Source: Candidatus Marisimplicoccus framensis
GTDB lineage: Bacteria > Bacteroidota > Bacteroidia > Flavobacteriales > Flavobacteriaceae
DNA: 64,000 bases
Direction of reading: 5' to 3'
NCBI GenBank assembly: GCA_905182065.1
Contig: CAJIZN010000002.1
Coordinates: forward strand, 7,175-71,174
A program made the position numbers and the translations under genes. Below are positions 10,417 to 18,563 of this stretch, one piece after another. Numbering within the stretch: the stretch's first letter is position 1; each line of letters opens with the position of its first letter. The notes beneath the pieces were generated by a model. That model ran no database searches. It was given only the letters and a program-made list of their open reading frames with translations, and was not told where the DNA came from.

Positions 10417-11717
10417 AATATATAAGCTTAAATCATAACTCATCTCCTACCTCGTTTAAGAAGGCAGTTATAAATGGTTTAGCTCCAGATAAAGGCTTAT
10501 ATTTTCCTGAAGAGAAAGTTAAACTTTCTAAAAGTTTTATTGAATCAATTAAGAATATCGATGATACTGAAATCTGTTATGAAATTATTAGAGAATTTAT
10601 TGGTGATGAAATTCCAAAAAATAAACTATTAGAGATTATAAATAATACAATATCTTTTAAAATTCCTCTTAAAAAAATAGAAAAATCAATTTATTCACTA
10701 GAGCTATTTCATGGCCCAACATTGGCTTTTAAGGATATTGGAGCTAAATTTATGGCATCATGTTTAGATTTTTTTAAAGATAGTTATACTTCAAAAAAAA
10801 TTACAGTTTTAGTAGCTACATCAGGAGATACTGGAGGTGCTGTAGCTAAAGGTTTCTCTGACACAAAAGATATTGATGTTTGCATACTATATCCAAAGGG
10901 AAAAATTAGTAAAGTTCAAGAAAAACAAATAACCACTAATGGACCCTATGTTCAAGCTATTGAAGTTGAGGGTGATTTTGATATGTGTCAATCTATGGTT
11001 AAAAGGGCATTTAGTGATGAAGAAATTAATAGAAAAATAGCTCTTACATCTGCAAATTCAATTAATGTGGCTAGATGGCTTCCTCAAATGTTTTACTTTT
11101 TTTTAGCTTATAAAAAAATTAAAAACACAAAACAAAACATCTTCTCTGTTCCAAGTGGTAATTTCGGGAATATATGCGCTGGTATTTTAGCTAAATCAAT
11201 GGGGTTACCCATTGATCATTTTATTGCATCTACTAATATAAACGATACTATTCCTAGATATATTAAGGATGGTATTTTTGAACCTAATGATACCCAAGCA
11301 ACAATCTCTAATGCTATGGATGTGTCTGATCCAAGTAATTTTATTAGAATTCAAAAGATATTCAATAACGACCTACAGAAAATAAGAAAGAATATCTCCG
11401 GATATAGCTTTAATGACAAACAAACAAAAGAAACTATTAAAAGACTCTATAAATCAGAAAAATACCTTACCTGCCCTCATTCAGCTATTGGATATCTTGG
11501 ATTAAAAGAATATATGGCAAGTCATGATGAAAATAAAATAAATGGAATATTCATATCAACAGCCCATTCAATTAAATTTAAAGATGTAGTTGAGGATATC
11601 ATAAATTCTGAAGTTAAATATCCTAATTCAATTAAAAGTATTTTAAACAAGGAAAATAAGAATCAATCAATTGAAGGTTACGATGAACTTAAAGAAATAT
11701 TACTCAATAGAGTTTAG
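10413..11717 (+). CDS. thrC: threonine synthase
   Basis: 434 aa with the PLP-lysine region (GPTLAFKDIGAKFMA). GTG start overlaps the thrB stop. Confidence 0.92.
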   Translation: MKYISLNHNSSPTSFKKAVINGLAPDKGLYFPEEKVKLSKSFIESIKNIDDTEICYEIIREFIGDEIPKNKLLEIINNTISFKIPLKKIEKSIYSLELFHGPTLAFKDIGAKFMASCLDFFKDSYTSKKITVLVATSGDTGGAVAKGFSDTKDIDVCILYPKGKISKVQEKQITTNGPYVQAIEVEGDFDMCQSMVKRAFSDEEINRKIALTSANSINVARWLPQMFYFFLAYKKIKNTKQNIFSVPSGNFGNICAGILAKSMGLPIDHFIASTNINDTIPRYIKDGIFEPNDTQATISNAMDVSDPSNFIRIQKIFNNDLQKIRKNISGYSFNDKQTKETIKRLYKSEKYLTCPHSAIGYLGLKEYMASHDENKINGIFISTAHSIKFKDVVEDIINSEVKYPNSIKSILNKENKNQSIEGYDELKEILLNRV

Positions 11718-13066
11718 TCATCTATGTTTGGAAGTTCCAATTGATTAATTGGACTGTCTTGCTCCATCAGTTTTTCAATTTCGTTAGATAATCTTGGAGC
11801 ATCCTCAGATAAGTTTATTGGATCTGTTCCAGTAATTAATATATCATCCTCAATTCTTACACCAATATTCCACCATTTTGGATCACAATCACTATTTTCA
11901 GGGATATAAATACCAGGCTCTACTGTTATAACCATATTTTTTTCTAATGTTCTAGATCCTGGATCATGAACATCAAGACCGATATGATGAGAGACTCCAT
12001 GAGGATAATATTTTCTTGCATCTTTAGCATCATCAATAATTCCTAATTTTATTAAACCATTTGAAATTATTTCAATACTCTCTAGATAGATATCATTAAA
12101 TGTATTTCCAATTACAGCTTTTTTTATAGCCGCTTCTTGTGATTCATAAACTAGATCATAAATTTCTTTTTGTTCAGGAGAAAATTTTCCATTAGCTGGA
12201 ATTGTTCTAGTTACATCTGCAGTATATCCTCTGTACTCAGCACCTAAATCCATAAGAATTAATTGGTTATCAATATCAATACTTTCATTAGTTATATAGT
12301 GTAAGATGCATGAATTAGCACCTGCCCCTACAATTGAATTATATCCTTCATGAGCAGCACCATATTTCCTGTATATAAATTCATGAATACCCTGGACTTC
12401 TCTTTCAGTCATATCTCCATGAATTGCTTTCATAACTTCAATTTGAGCTAGAGAAGATATTTTGATGGCTTTAGTCAATAGCTTAATCTCTAGAGAATCT
12501 TTTGTTTGTCGGAGATTGGACATAATATTATTTACGCTAATATTATTAAATTCCTTTTTTAGATCTCCTAAATTATCTGGTGATTCTTTATCATTAATAA
12601 TTTCTAGAAACTTATTTTGCAAATTATATAAATCAAACTTATCATCCTTGAAATCTCTAACATCATCTCTTATATCCATACTTAATACATTTGAAAAATT
12701 GTCAATTTTAAAAGAATTCTTTATAAAATCAGATCTTAGCTTAACTCTATCAAAACCCATTTTTTTTGCTCCCCTTAAACCAAGTCTTCTTCCATCCCAC
12801 ATTTCTCTATATTCATTCCTTTCTCTTACAAAAAGTATCTCATTGAAAAAACCATTATTATCTTGTTGATTATCTTTAAATATAACAAGTACACCATGAG
12901 GCTCTTTCCATCCTGTTAGATAATAAAAATTTGGATCTTGATGATACATAAAGTCAGTATCATTTGATCTTTTCATTATTGGTGATGTAAAAAAGAACGC
13001 AATGCTATTAGAAGGCATTTGATTTCTGAATTCTTGTCTTTTCTTTTCGTGAAATTCAGGACCCAA
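11714..13066 (-). CDS. pepP: Xaa-Pro aminopeptidase (M24B), main fragment
   Basis: Creatinase/prolidase N-domain plus M24 metal ligands (LMDLGAEYRGYTADVTRT, HGVSHHIGLDVHD, VEPGIY, IRIEDD). Confidence 0.9.
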   Translation of the reverse strand: MGPEFHEKKRQEFRNQMPSNSIAFFFTSPIMKRSNDTDFMYHQDPNFYYLTGWKEPHGVLVIFKDNQQDNNGFFNEILFVRERNEYREMWDGRRLGLRGAKKMGFDRVKLRSDFIKNSFKIDNFSNVLSMDIRDDVRDFKDDKFDLYNLQNKFLEIINDKESPDNLGDLKKEFNNISVNNIMSNLRQTKDSLEIKLLTKAIKISSLAQIEVMKAIHGDMTEREVQGIHEFIYRKYGAAHEGYNSIVGAGANSCILHYITNESIDIDNQLILMDLGAEYRGYTADVTRTIPANGKFSPEQKEIYDLVYESQEAAIKKAVIGNTFNDIYLESIEIISNGLIKLGIIDDAKDARKYYPHGVSHHIGLDVHDPGSRTLEKNMVITVEPGIYIPENSDCDPKWWNIGVRIEDDILITGTDPINLSEDAPRLSNEIEKLMEQDSPINQLELPNIDD

Positions 13067-13068
13067 AT

Positions 13069-13146
13069 CATCAAGTATTGCTGACTTGAAAGAATATTAA
13101 TAGATAGAAAAGTCAGTAATAAAAAAAGAGTATTTTTGAACTTCAT
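13069..13146 (-). CDS. pepP: Xaa-Pro aminopeptidase signal-peptide fragment (frame break near 13066-13080)
   Basis: MKFKNTLFLLLTFLSINILSSQQYL is read in the neighbouring frame, immediately upstream of DDLGPEFHEKKRQ in the main frame. Confidence 0.6.
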
Positions 13147-13171
13147 AATAATTAATTTATTCGCCAAATTA

Positions 13172-13711
13172 ATGAAAAAAACAGTTCTTTTTGACAGACA
13201 TGAAAAGTTAAATGCAAAAATTGTAGACTTTGCAGGTTTTCTAATGCCTGTTAGTTACTCATCTGTAAATGAGGAACACCTGCACGTTAGAAATAGTGTA
13301 GGAGTATTTGATGTATCTCATATGGGTGAAATAGAAATTTCAGGATCTAATTCTCTAGATTTAGTTCAACATCTATGTTCTAATGATATATCAAAATTAA
13401 AAATTGGCAAAGCTCAATATAACTGTTTGACTAATGAGAAAGGTGGAATCATTGATGATTTAATAGTATACAGGATTGAAACAGAAAAATACTTACTTAT
13501 TGTTAATGCTTCTAATATATCCAAAGACTGGGAATGGATCAATAAAAAAAACATAGAGTTTAAGTGCATTGTAGTTGATTTATCAAACAAGCTATCACTA
13601 TTAGCTATCCAAGGACCTAAAGCACAGGAATTATGTCAGAAATTCACGAGTGAAGACCTGTCATTATTGCCAAATTATTCATTTACTAATTTCCTCATTT
13701 GCAGGAATTAA
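13172..13711 (+). CDS. gcvT: glycine cleavage system aminomethyltransferase T, N-terminal fragment (frame break at TTT 13690-13692)
   Basis: MKKTVLFDRHEKLNAKIVDFAGFLMPVSY...VFDVSHMGE are typical GcvT motifs. Confidence 0.9.
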   Translation: MKKTVLFDRHEKLNAKIVDFAGFLMPVSYSSVNEEHLHVRNSVGVFDVSHMGEIEISGSNSLDLVQHLCSNDISKLKIGKAQYNCLTNEKGGIIDDLIVYRIETEKYLLIVNASNISKDWEWINKKNIEFKCIVVDLSNKLSLLAIQGPKAQELCQKFTSEDLSLLPNYSFTNFLICRN

Positions 13712-14246
13712 AGATATTATAATTTCAAAAACTGGATATACTGGTTCGGGTGGGTTTGAGCTTTATATTCCAAATAATAATGCTATTGATATATGGGATG
13801 CTTTATTTGATTCAAAGGAATTTGATTTAAAACCAATAGGACTAGCTGCTAGAGATACTTTGAGGATTGAAATGGGATATTGTTTGTATGGCAATGATAT
13901 TAATGAAGGAACTTCACCAGAAGAAGCAAATTTAAGATGGATAACTAAAGTTGAAACTAGTTTTATAGGTCATAAAATAATTGAAAATCAAATTAAAAAA
14001 GGATCTGATAGAAAGTTAATTGGATTTAAATTAATAGAAAAATCAATTCCAAGAAATGGATATGAAGTTTTTAATATTGATAATAAATTAATTGGCAAGG
14101 TAACATCAGGGACATTTTCACCAGTTCTTAAGAAAGGTATTGGTCTAGCTTATATAAACTCCATAAACCTTAAGGATGATTTAATATATATTAAAATTAG
14201 GAATAATCTTAGTAAAGCAGAAATTGTAAAAACACCATTTATTTAA
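13650..14246 (+). CDS. gcvT: glycine cleavage system aminomethyltransferase T, C-terminal fragment
   Basis: Continues SFAGIKDIIISKTGYTGSGGFELY...ARDTLRIEMGYCLYGNDI. The true join is near 13692; the ORF-track ATG at 13650 is not a real start. Confidence 0.88.
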   Translation: MKTCHYCQIIHLLISSFAGIKDIIISKTGYTGSGGFELYIPNNNAIDIWDALFDSKEFDLKPIGLAARDTLRIEMGYCLYGNDINEGTSPEEANLRWITKVETSFIGHKIIENQIKKGSDRKLIGFKLIEKSIPRNGYEVFNIDNKLIGKVTSGTFSPVLKKGIGLAYINSINLKDDLIYIKIRNNLSKAEIVKTPFI

Positions 14247-14248
14247 TT

Positions 14249-14965
14249 ATGGGAAGAGCATTTGAATTTAGAAAAGCAAGGAAAATGAAAAGATGGTCTA
14301 ATATGGCTAAAACCTTCACAAGAATTGGAAGGGAAATAATAATTGCTGTAAAAGATTCAGGGCCTGATCCTTCATCAAATTCAAAATTAAGAGCAATAAT
14401 TCAAAATGCAAAGGCTGCTAATATGCCAAAAGATAATATTGATAGAGCAATTAAAAAAGCTTCTGAAACTAGCACCGAAAACTTTAAGGAAGTATTATTA
14501 GAAGGCTACGCTCCCTATGGTATAGCAATACTTATTGAAACTGCTACCGATAATAATAATAGAACTGTAGCCAACATAAGAAGTTATTTTAACAAGTGTG
14601 ATGGAAGTCTTGCTACTTCAGGATCTGTTGATTTTCTATTCAATCATTTATGTTTTTTTCAGATAAAAGATGATAGCTTAGATGTTGAAGAACTTGAACT
14701 TGAATTAATAGATTTTGGAGTAATTGATTTAAGTAAGTCCGAAAACGAAATAAGTATTACTGCTAAATTTGAGAACTTTGGATCTATTCAAAAAGAGTTA
14801 GAAAGAAGAGGTTTTGAAATTAAATCTAGTGATTTTGAAAGAGAGGCTATAACTTTAAAAGATCTCAAAGAGGAAGAAAGAGTTAAAGTTGAAAAATTAT
14901 TAGCTTTAGTTGATGAAGATGAAGATGTTCAAAATGTTTATCATAATATGAAATCCCAGAATTAA
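14249..14965 (+). CDS. YebC/PmpR family DNA-binding transcriptional regulator
   Basis: MGRAFEFRKARKMKRW...KLRAIIQNAKAANMPKDNIDRAIKKA is the conserved YebC N-terminus. 238 aa. Confidence 0.9.
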   Translation: MGRAFEFRKARKMKRWSNMAKTFTRIGREIIIAVKDSGPDPSSNSKLRAIIQNAKAANMPKDNIDRAIKKASETSTENFKEVLLEGYAPYGIAILIETATDNNNRTVANIRSYFNKCDGSLATSGSVDFLFNHLCFFQIKDDSLDVEELELELIDFGVIDLSKSENEISITAKFENFGSIQKELERRGFEIKSSDFEREAITLKDLKEEERVKVEKLLALVDEDEDVQNVYHNMKSQN

Positions 14966-15495
14966 ATTTTATTTCTAGCTATTACATCGCTAACCATTTT
15001 TTCCAGTTTTAGAAAATCAGCCTTGATGTTTCCGGTAGGAAAAAACTTCTTATTAATCATTACCTGTTTTCTCTTATAATCAAAAGAAACCATAAGAATT
15101 GGAAGATTAGCTTTCAAAGCAATATAATAGAATCCTGTTTTCCATTTTTTTACATTTTTACGAGTACCTTCAGGAGCTATTGCAAGAATTTTAATTTTAT
15201 TCAAATGAAAAAGATTAACAACTGAGTCTACTAAATTTGTCTTTTCACCCCTATCAACAGGGATACCACCAAGAAACCTAAAAAAAAATGCTGAGAATGG
15301 ATTAAATAATTCTTTTTTACCAATAAATTTTATTTTAATACCCGAATATGTTCGAATTAAAACAGCTATTATTAAATCAAAATAGCTTGAATGAGGAACA
15401 ACCGCAATTATATATTTTTCATCTTCTGGAAAAGATCCAACAAATCTCCATCTAATAACTTTGTTTAAGAAAAACTTAGCTAAGGTTTTAATCAT
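14962..15495 (-). CDS. 1-acyl-sn-glycerol-3-phosphate acyltransferase family protein
   Basis: HX4D motif (VPHSSYFDL) and the PEGTR block (IAPEGTRKN). Confidence 0.8.
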   Translation of the reverse strand: MIKTLAKFFLNKVIRWRFVGSFPEDEKYIIAVVPHSSYFDLIIAVLIRTYSGIKIKFIGKKELFNPFSAFFFRFLGGIPVDRGEKTNLVDSVVNLFHLNKIKILAIAPEGTRKNVKKWKTGFYYIALKANLPILMVSFDYKRKQVMINKKFFPTGNIKADFLKLEKMVSDVIARNKI

Positions 15496-15796
15496 TTGAT
15501 AAATTAAATTTTTTAGCTTTTATAAGGTCTTCAGGAGTATCTATGGATAGACCATGGAATGATGTACTTATCATTCTAATTTTTTTTGAATTTTCAATAA
15601 TTCTAATTCCTTCAAGACTTTCAATTATCTCTAGTTTTGATCTTTCTAGTTTTGAGAAATCAATTAAAGCATTTCTAGTAAATGCGTAAACACCTATGTG
15701 GCGGTTAAAATCCTCAATTTTCTCAGAACCAAATGGAATAGGTAATCTAGAAAAATAAATAGCATCATTATGCGTTGTTAACAATAACCTTAACAT
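15488..15796 (-). CDS. kdsB: 3-deoxy-manno-octulosonate cytidylyltransferase, C-terminal fragment
   Basis: NDAIYFSRLPIPF...HIGVYAFTRNALIDF...LEGIRIIENS continues the N-terminal fragment in the neighbouring frame. Confidence 0.85.
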   Translation of the reverse strand: MLRLLLTTHNDAIYFSRLPIPFGSEKIEDFNRHIGVYAFTRNALIDFSKLERSKLEIIESLEGIRIIENSKKIRMISTSFHGLSIDTPEDLIKAKKFNLSND

Positions 15797-16211
15797 TGTT
15801 AGGGTTTGTTATTTCATCAAAATTTTTAAACTTAGTCATAAGTGAGGCGATTTGAACATCTTTATCATTAAAAGAGTTGATTAAATCACTTATAGCTTCC
15901 TTGTTTATAAATGGTTCATCACCTTGAAGATTAACTACAATATCATGTTTTATATTAATTGCTGCTTCAGCTATTCTATCAGTCCCTGATAAATGGTCGC
16001 TTAAAGATTTAAAGGTTAGCCCACCTTCATCTTTAATAATACGTAAAACCTCATCATTTGCACTAACAACATAAACTTCATCAAAAAGTTTAGTTTCTAG
16101 AGCAGCTCTAAAAGTTTTAAGTATAATTGGGATTCCATTAATTTTTTTGACTAATTTATTAGGAAACCTTTTAGATTCGAGTCTTGCAGGGATTAAAGCT
16201 ATAGTTTTCAT
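15768..16211 (-). CDS. kdsB: 3-deoxy-manno-octulosonate cytidylyltransferase, N-terminal fragment (frame break about 15768-15785)
   Basis: MKTIALIPARLESKRFPNKL...VVNLQGDEPFI are CMP-KDO synthetase motifs. Confidence 0.88.
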   Translation of the reverse strand: MKTIALIPARLESKRFPNKLVKKINGIPIILKTFRAALETKLFDEVYVVSANDEVLRIIKDEGGLTFKSLSDHLSGTDRIAEAAINIKHDIVVNLQGDEPFINKEAISDLINSFNDKDVQIASLMTKFKNFDEITNPNNVKVIVNNA

Positions 16212-16299
16212 TTAAAATATTTTTCTAATATAATTCATTTATATATTGTTTCACGAAAAAAAAAAATTTGTAGATTTGTTAGAATCAAAAAATGTCAAA

Positions 16300-16956
16300 A
16301 TGAACAAGAAACGTGGATTAGAATTCTTTTTATGGTTGTTATCAATCTTTTTTGCTACACAAATATACAGCTCTATTAATGGACCAATAAAATTTAACCA
16401 AGTTAAAAATGAAAGATATACTCAAGTCATAGATAGATTAAAGGATATAAGAAATGCTCAAATTGCTCACAAAGATGTTAGAGGATTTTATGCAAACAAC
16501 TTTGATAGTCTAGTTAGTTTTATTGATACTGGAATTTTTACACTAATAGAAAAAAGAGACTCTTCTTATCTTCAATATGACAGAACATATAGAATTGATA
16601 TGTTAAAAGAAGTTGAAATTGTAGATACACTTGGATTTGTATCTGTAAAAGATTCTCTATTTGGTGAAAATGAATTATATAAAATGATGGCGAAAGTTCC
16701 CATTGATGGAACAGATTCTCAGTTTTCAATCAAATCAGATGTTATTGATAAAAATGGATATGCAGTTCACGTTTTTGAAGTAAAAGTGAAAAAAAATATT
16801 ATCCTTTTTGATCAAAATAAAGATTTATTAGATCAAGAGAATAAGGTTATTTCAGTTGATGGAGTTAATGGTCCTGAGCTTGTTCTTGGATCTATGACTG
16901 AGGTAAGCACAAGTGGAAACTGGCCTACATTTTTTGATGCAAAAAACAAAGAATAA
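16300..16956 (+). CDS. hypothetical membrane-anchored protein
   Basis: ATG at 16300 (MNKKRGLEFFLWLLSIFFATQIY) gives a single N-terminal TM helix and then a soluble domain. No recognisable motif. The ORF-track TTG at 16246 is a less likely start. Confidence 0.65.
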   Translation: MNKKRGLEFFLWLLSIFFATQIYSSINGPIKFNQVKNERYTQVIDRLKDIRNAQIAHKDVRGFYANNFDSLVSFIDTGIFTLIEKRDSSYLQYDRTYRIDMLKEVEIVDTLGFVSVKDSLFGENELYKMMAKVPIDGTDSQFSIKSDVIDKNGYAVHVFEVKVKKNIILFDQNKDLLDQENKVISVDGVNGPELVLGSMTEVSTSGNWPTFFDAKNKE

Positions 16957-17683
16957 AATAAGCAAAACATTTGTTTATCAATTTGAAACTCACTTTCATA
17001 TTGAATCTTCAACTGATAATATCACATTAGATTTTTCTGACAGTAAATACCTAGAAAAATCTATTGATTTTATTACTGATTTAAAAATAGATTCAATTGA
17101 AATTGTTCATTTAAACTCTCACCCATCTATAGTTCCTTCATTATATTTTGATGATAATATTAAATCTAAATATTTGATTACTAATACGCTTTCATCAAAG
17201 AATATATTGACTGATACATCTAATGACAATAAACTAAAGATAGTATATTCAATTAGTAATGAATTGAATGAATTTATAAATAAGAACAAGCTAGATCACT
17301 CAGATAAAAATTATTTCACCTACTTATATGACTTCCTTACTGAAAAAGATAAAAAAACAAAAGGTTTATCCTTTTTTGTAAATCTAAACAAAAAGTCATT
17401 TGATGTAATAATTTTTAACGGTAATGAATTTATTTTCTTTAATTCATTTGAAATAAATAATGAAAATGAATTTTTATATTATCTTTTTTTTGTTCTAAAG
17501 AACTATGAGGGTTCAAATGAAAATGATAAAATCATATTTTTAGGGAAATTTGAAGCATTTGATGATTATTATAATATTGCATCAAAATACTCAAAAATTG
17601 AATTTATTGAAGATAATAATATACAAGTACTTCATGACTCACCATTCTTTTCAATTATAAATGAGAATTATATCAGGGATTAA
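16937..17683 (+). CDS. hypothetical protein (possibly the Bacteroidetes-specific family often found upstream of rsmD; cannot verify)
   Basis: Long ORF with coding-like composition. The ATG at 16937 overlaps the end of the previous ORF, and its own end overlaps the rsmD start. Confidence 0.6.
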   Translation: MQKTKNKISKTFVYQFETHFHIESSTDNITLDFSDSKYLEKSIDFITDLKIDSIEIVHLNSHPSIVPSLYFDDNIKSKYLITNTLSSKNILTDTSNDNKLKIVYSISNELNEFINKNKLDHSDKNYFTYLYDFLTEKDKKTKGLSFFVNLNKKSFDVIIFNGNEFIFFNSFEINNENEFLYYLFFVLKNYEGSNENDKIIFLGKFEAFDDYYNIASKYSKIEFIEDNNIQVLHDSPFFSIINENYIRD

Positions 17684-18206
17684 AAAAAGTATAATTATAA
17701 AAGCACCTAAAAATCTACCTGTTAGACCAACCACAGACAAGGTTAAGGAATCCCTTTTTAATATTATTTTAAATAAATTTAATTTAAATGAAATAAGTGT
17801 TTTAGACCTGTTTTCTGGAACAGGTAATGTTTCGTATGAATTCGCATCCAGAGGGTGTCCTAATCTATTGTCAATTGATAATAATCATAACTGTATTAAA
17901 TTTATCAATAAAACTGCTTCTAAACTTGAATTGAATATCAAAACAAAAAAAATTGATTATAAAGTTTTTTTAAAAAAAAATAAAAAAAAGTTTGATATAA
18001 TATTTGCTGACCCCCCTTATGATTTCACAATTAGACAATATCTTGAAATCACTGAGTTAATTAAAGAGAATGAAATTCTTTCAGATATAGGAGAATTAAT
18101 AATTGAACATAGTTCAAATATTAATTTATCTGATAACTTTAAAAATATAGATGAAAGAAAATATGGTTCATCAGTATTAAGTTTTATAAAAAAAGCAAGC
18201 CTGTAA
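17661..18206 (+). CDS. rsmD: 16S rRNA (guanine966-N2)-methyltransferase
   Basis: MRIISG...RPTTDKVKESLFNIL, SAM motif DLFSGTGNVSYEF, and catalytic DPPY (FADPPYD). Confidence 0.88.
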   Translation: MRIISGIKKSIIIKAPKNLPVRPTTDKVKESLFNIILNKFNLNEISVLDLFSGTGNVSYEFASRGCPNLLSIDNNHNCIKFINKTASKLELNIKTKKIDYKVFLKKNKKKFDIIFADPPYDFTIRQYLEITELIKENEILSDIGELIIEHSSNINLSDNFKNIDERKYGSSVLSFIKKASL

Positions 18207-18475
18207 GCCGGATTCTGTCGAGTCTTACCATTTATCTAGATGTAATATTACTATTACATTCGTACCGCCTACCCTTCTACATAAAACGAGCAATTTTAAA
18301 ATGTAGATATACTTGGCGTTTCACCATGCAGAGTTTACAAGATTCCACTACAGCATTACCTGTACATACTTTCTGTTGCACTATTCCTATCTAAAATAGA
18401 TGACGGGTGTTACCCGCTGCATTGCTCTCTGGTGTCCGGACTTTCCTCTGAAAAATCAGCGATAAGACGGCTTGC
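18195..18475 (-). ncRNA. rnpB: RNase P RNA (bacterial type A-like), about 281 nt
   Basis: A local GC-rich island. The reverse complement reads GCAAGCC...CAGAGGAAAGTCCGGACACC...GCGGGTAACACCCGTC...ACAGAAAG...GGTGAAACG...CGACAGAATCCGGCTTACAGGCTTGC. The universal P4 halves (GAGGAAAGTCCGG and ACAGAAUCCGGCUUA) are both present. The P1 stem GCAAGCC/GGCTTGC closes the molecule. Confidence 0.85.
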
Positions 18476-18479
18476 AAAA

Positions 18480-18487
18480 CAAATATA
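18480..18487 (-). promoter_or_regulatory. candidate -7 box (TATATTTG) for rnpB
   Basis: Minus strand reads TATATTTG, then TTTT, then the first base of the P1 stem. That spacing fits a transcript starting at or next to the mature 5' end. Confidence 0.45.
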
Positions 18488-18523
18488 GTGTTTGTTGATA
18501 ATTTTATTAAAAAAAAAATATCA

Positions 18524-18557
18524 TTTGATTAATAATTTTTATCAATCTTTATATTTG
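18524..18557 (+). promoter_or_regulatory. candidate dnaX promoter (TTTG-N22-TATATTTG)
   Basis: TTTG at 18524-18527 and TATATTTG at 18550-18557. Only 6 nt separate the box from the dnaX ATG at 18564. Confidence 0.4.
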
Positions 18558-18563
18558 TTAATA

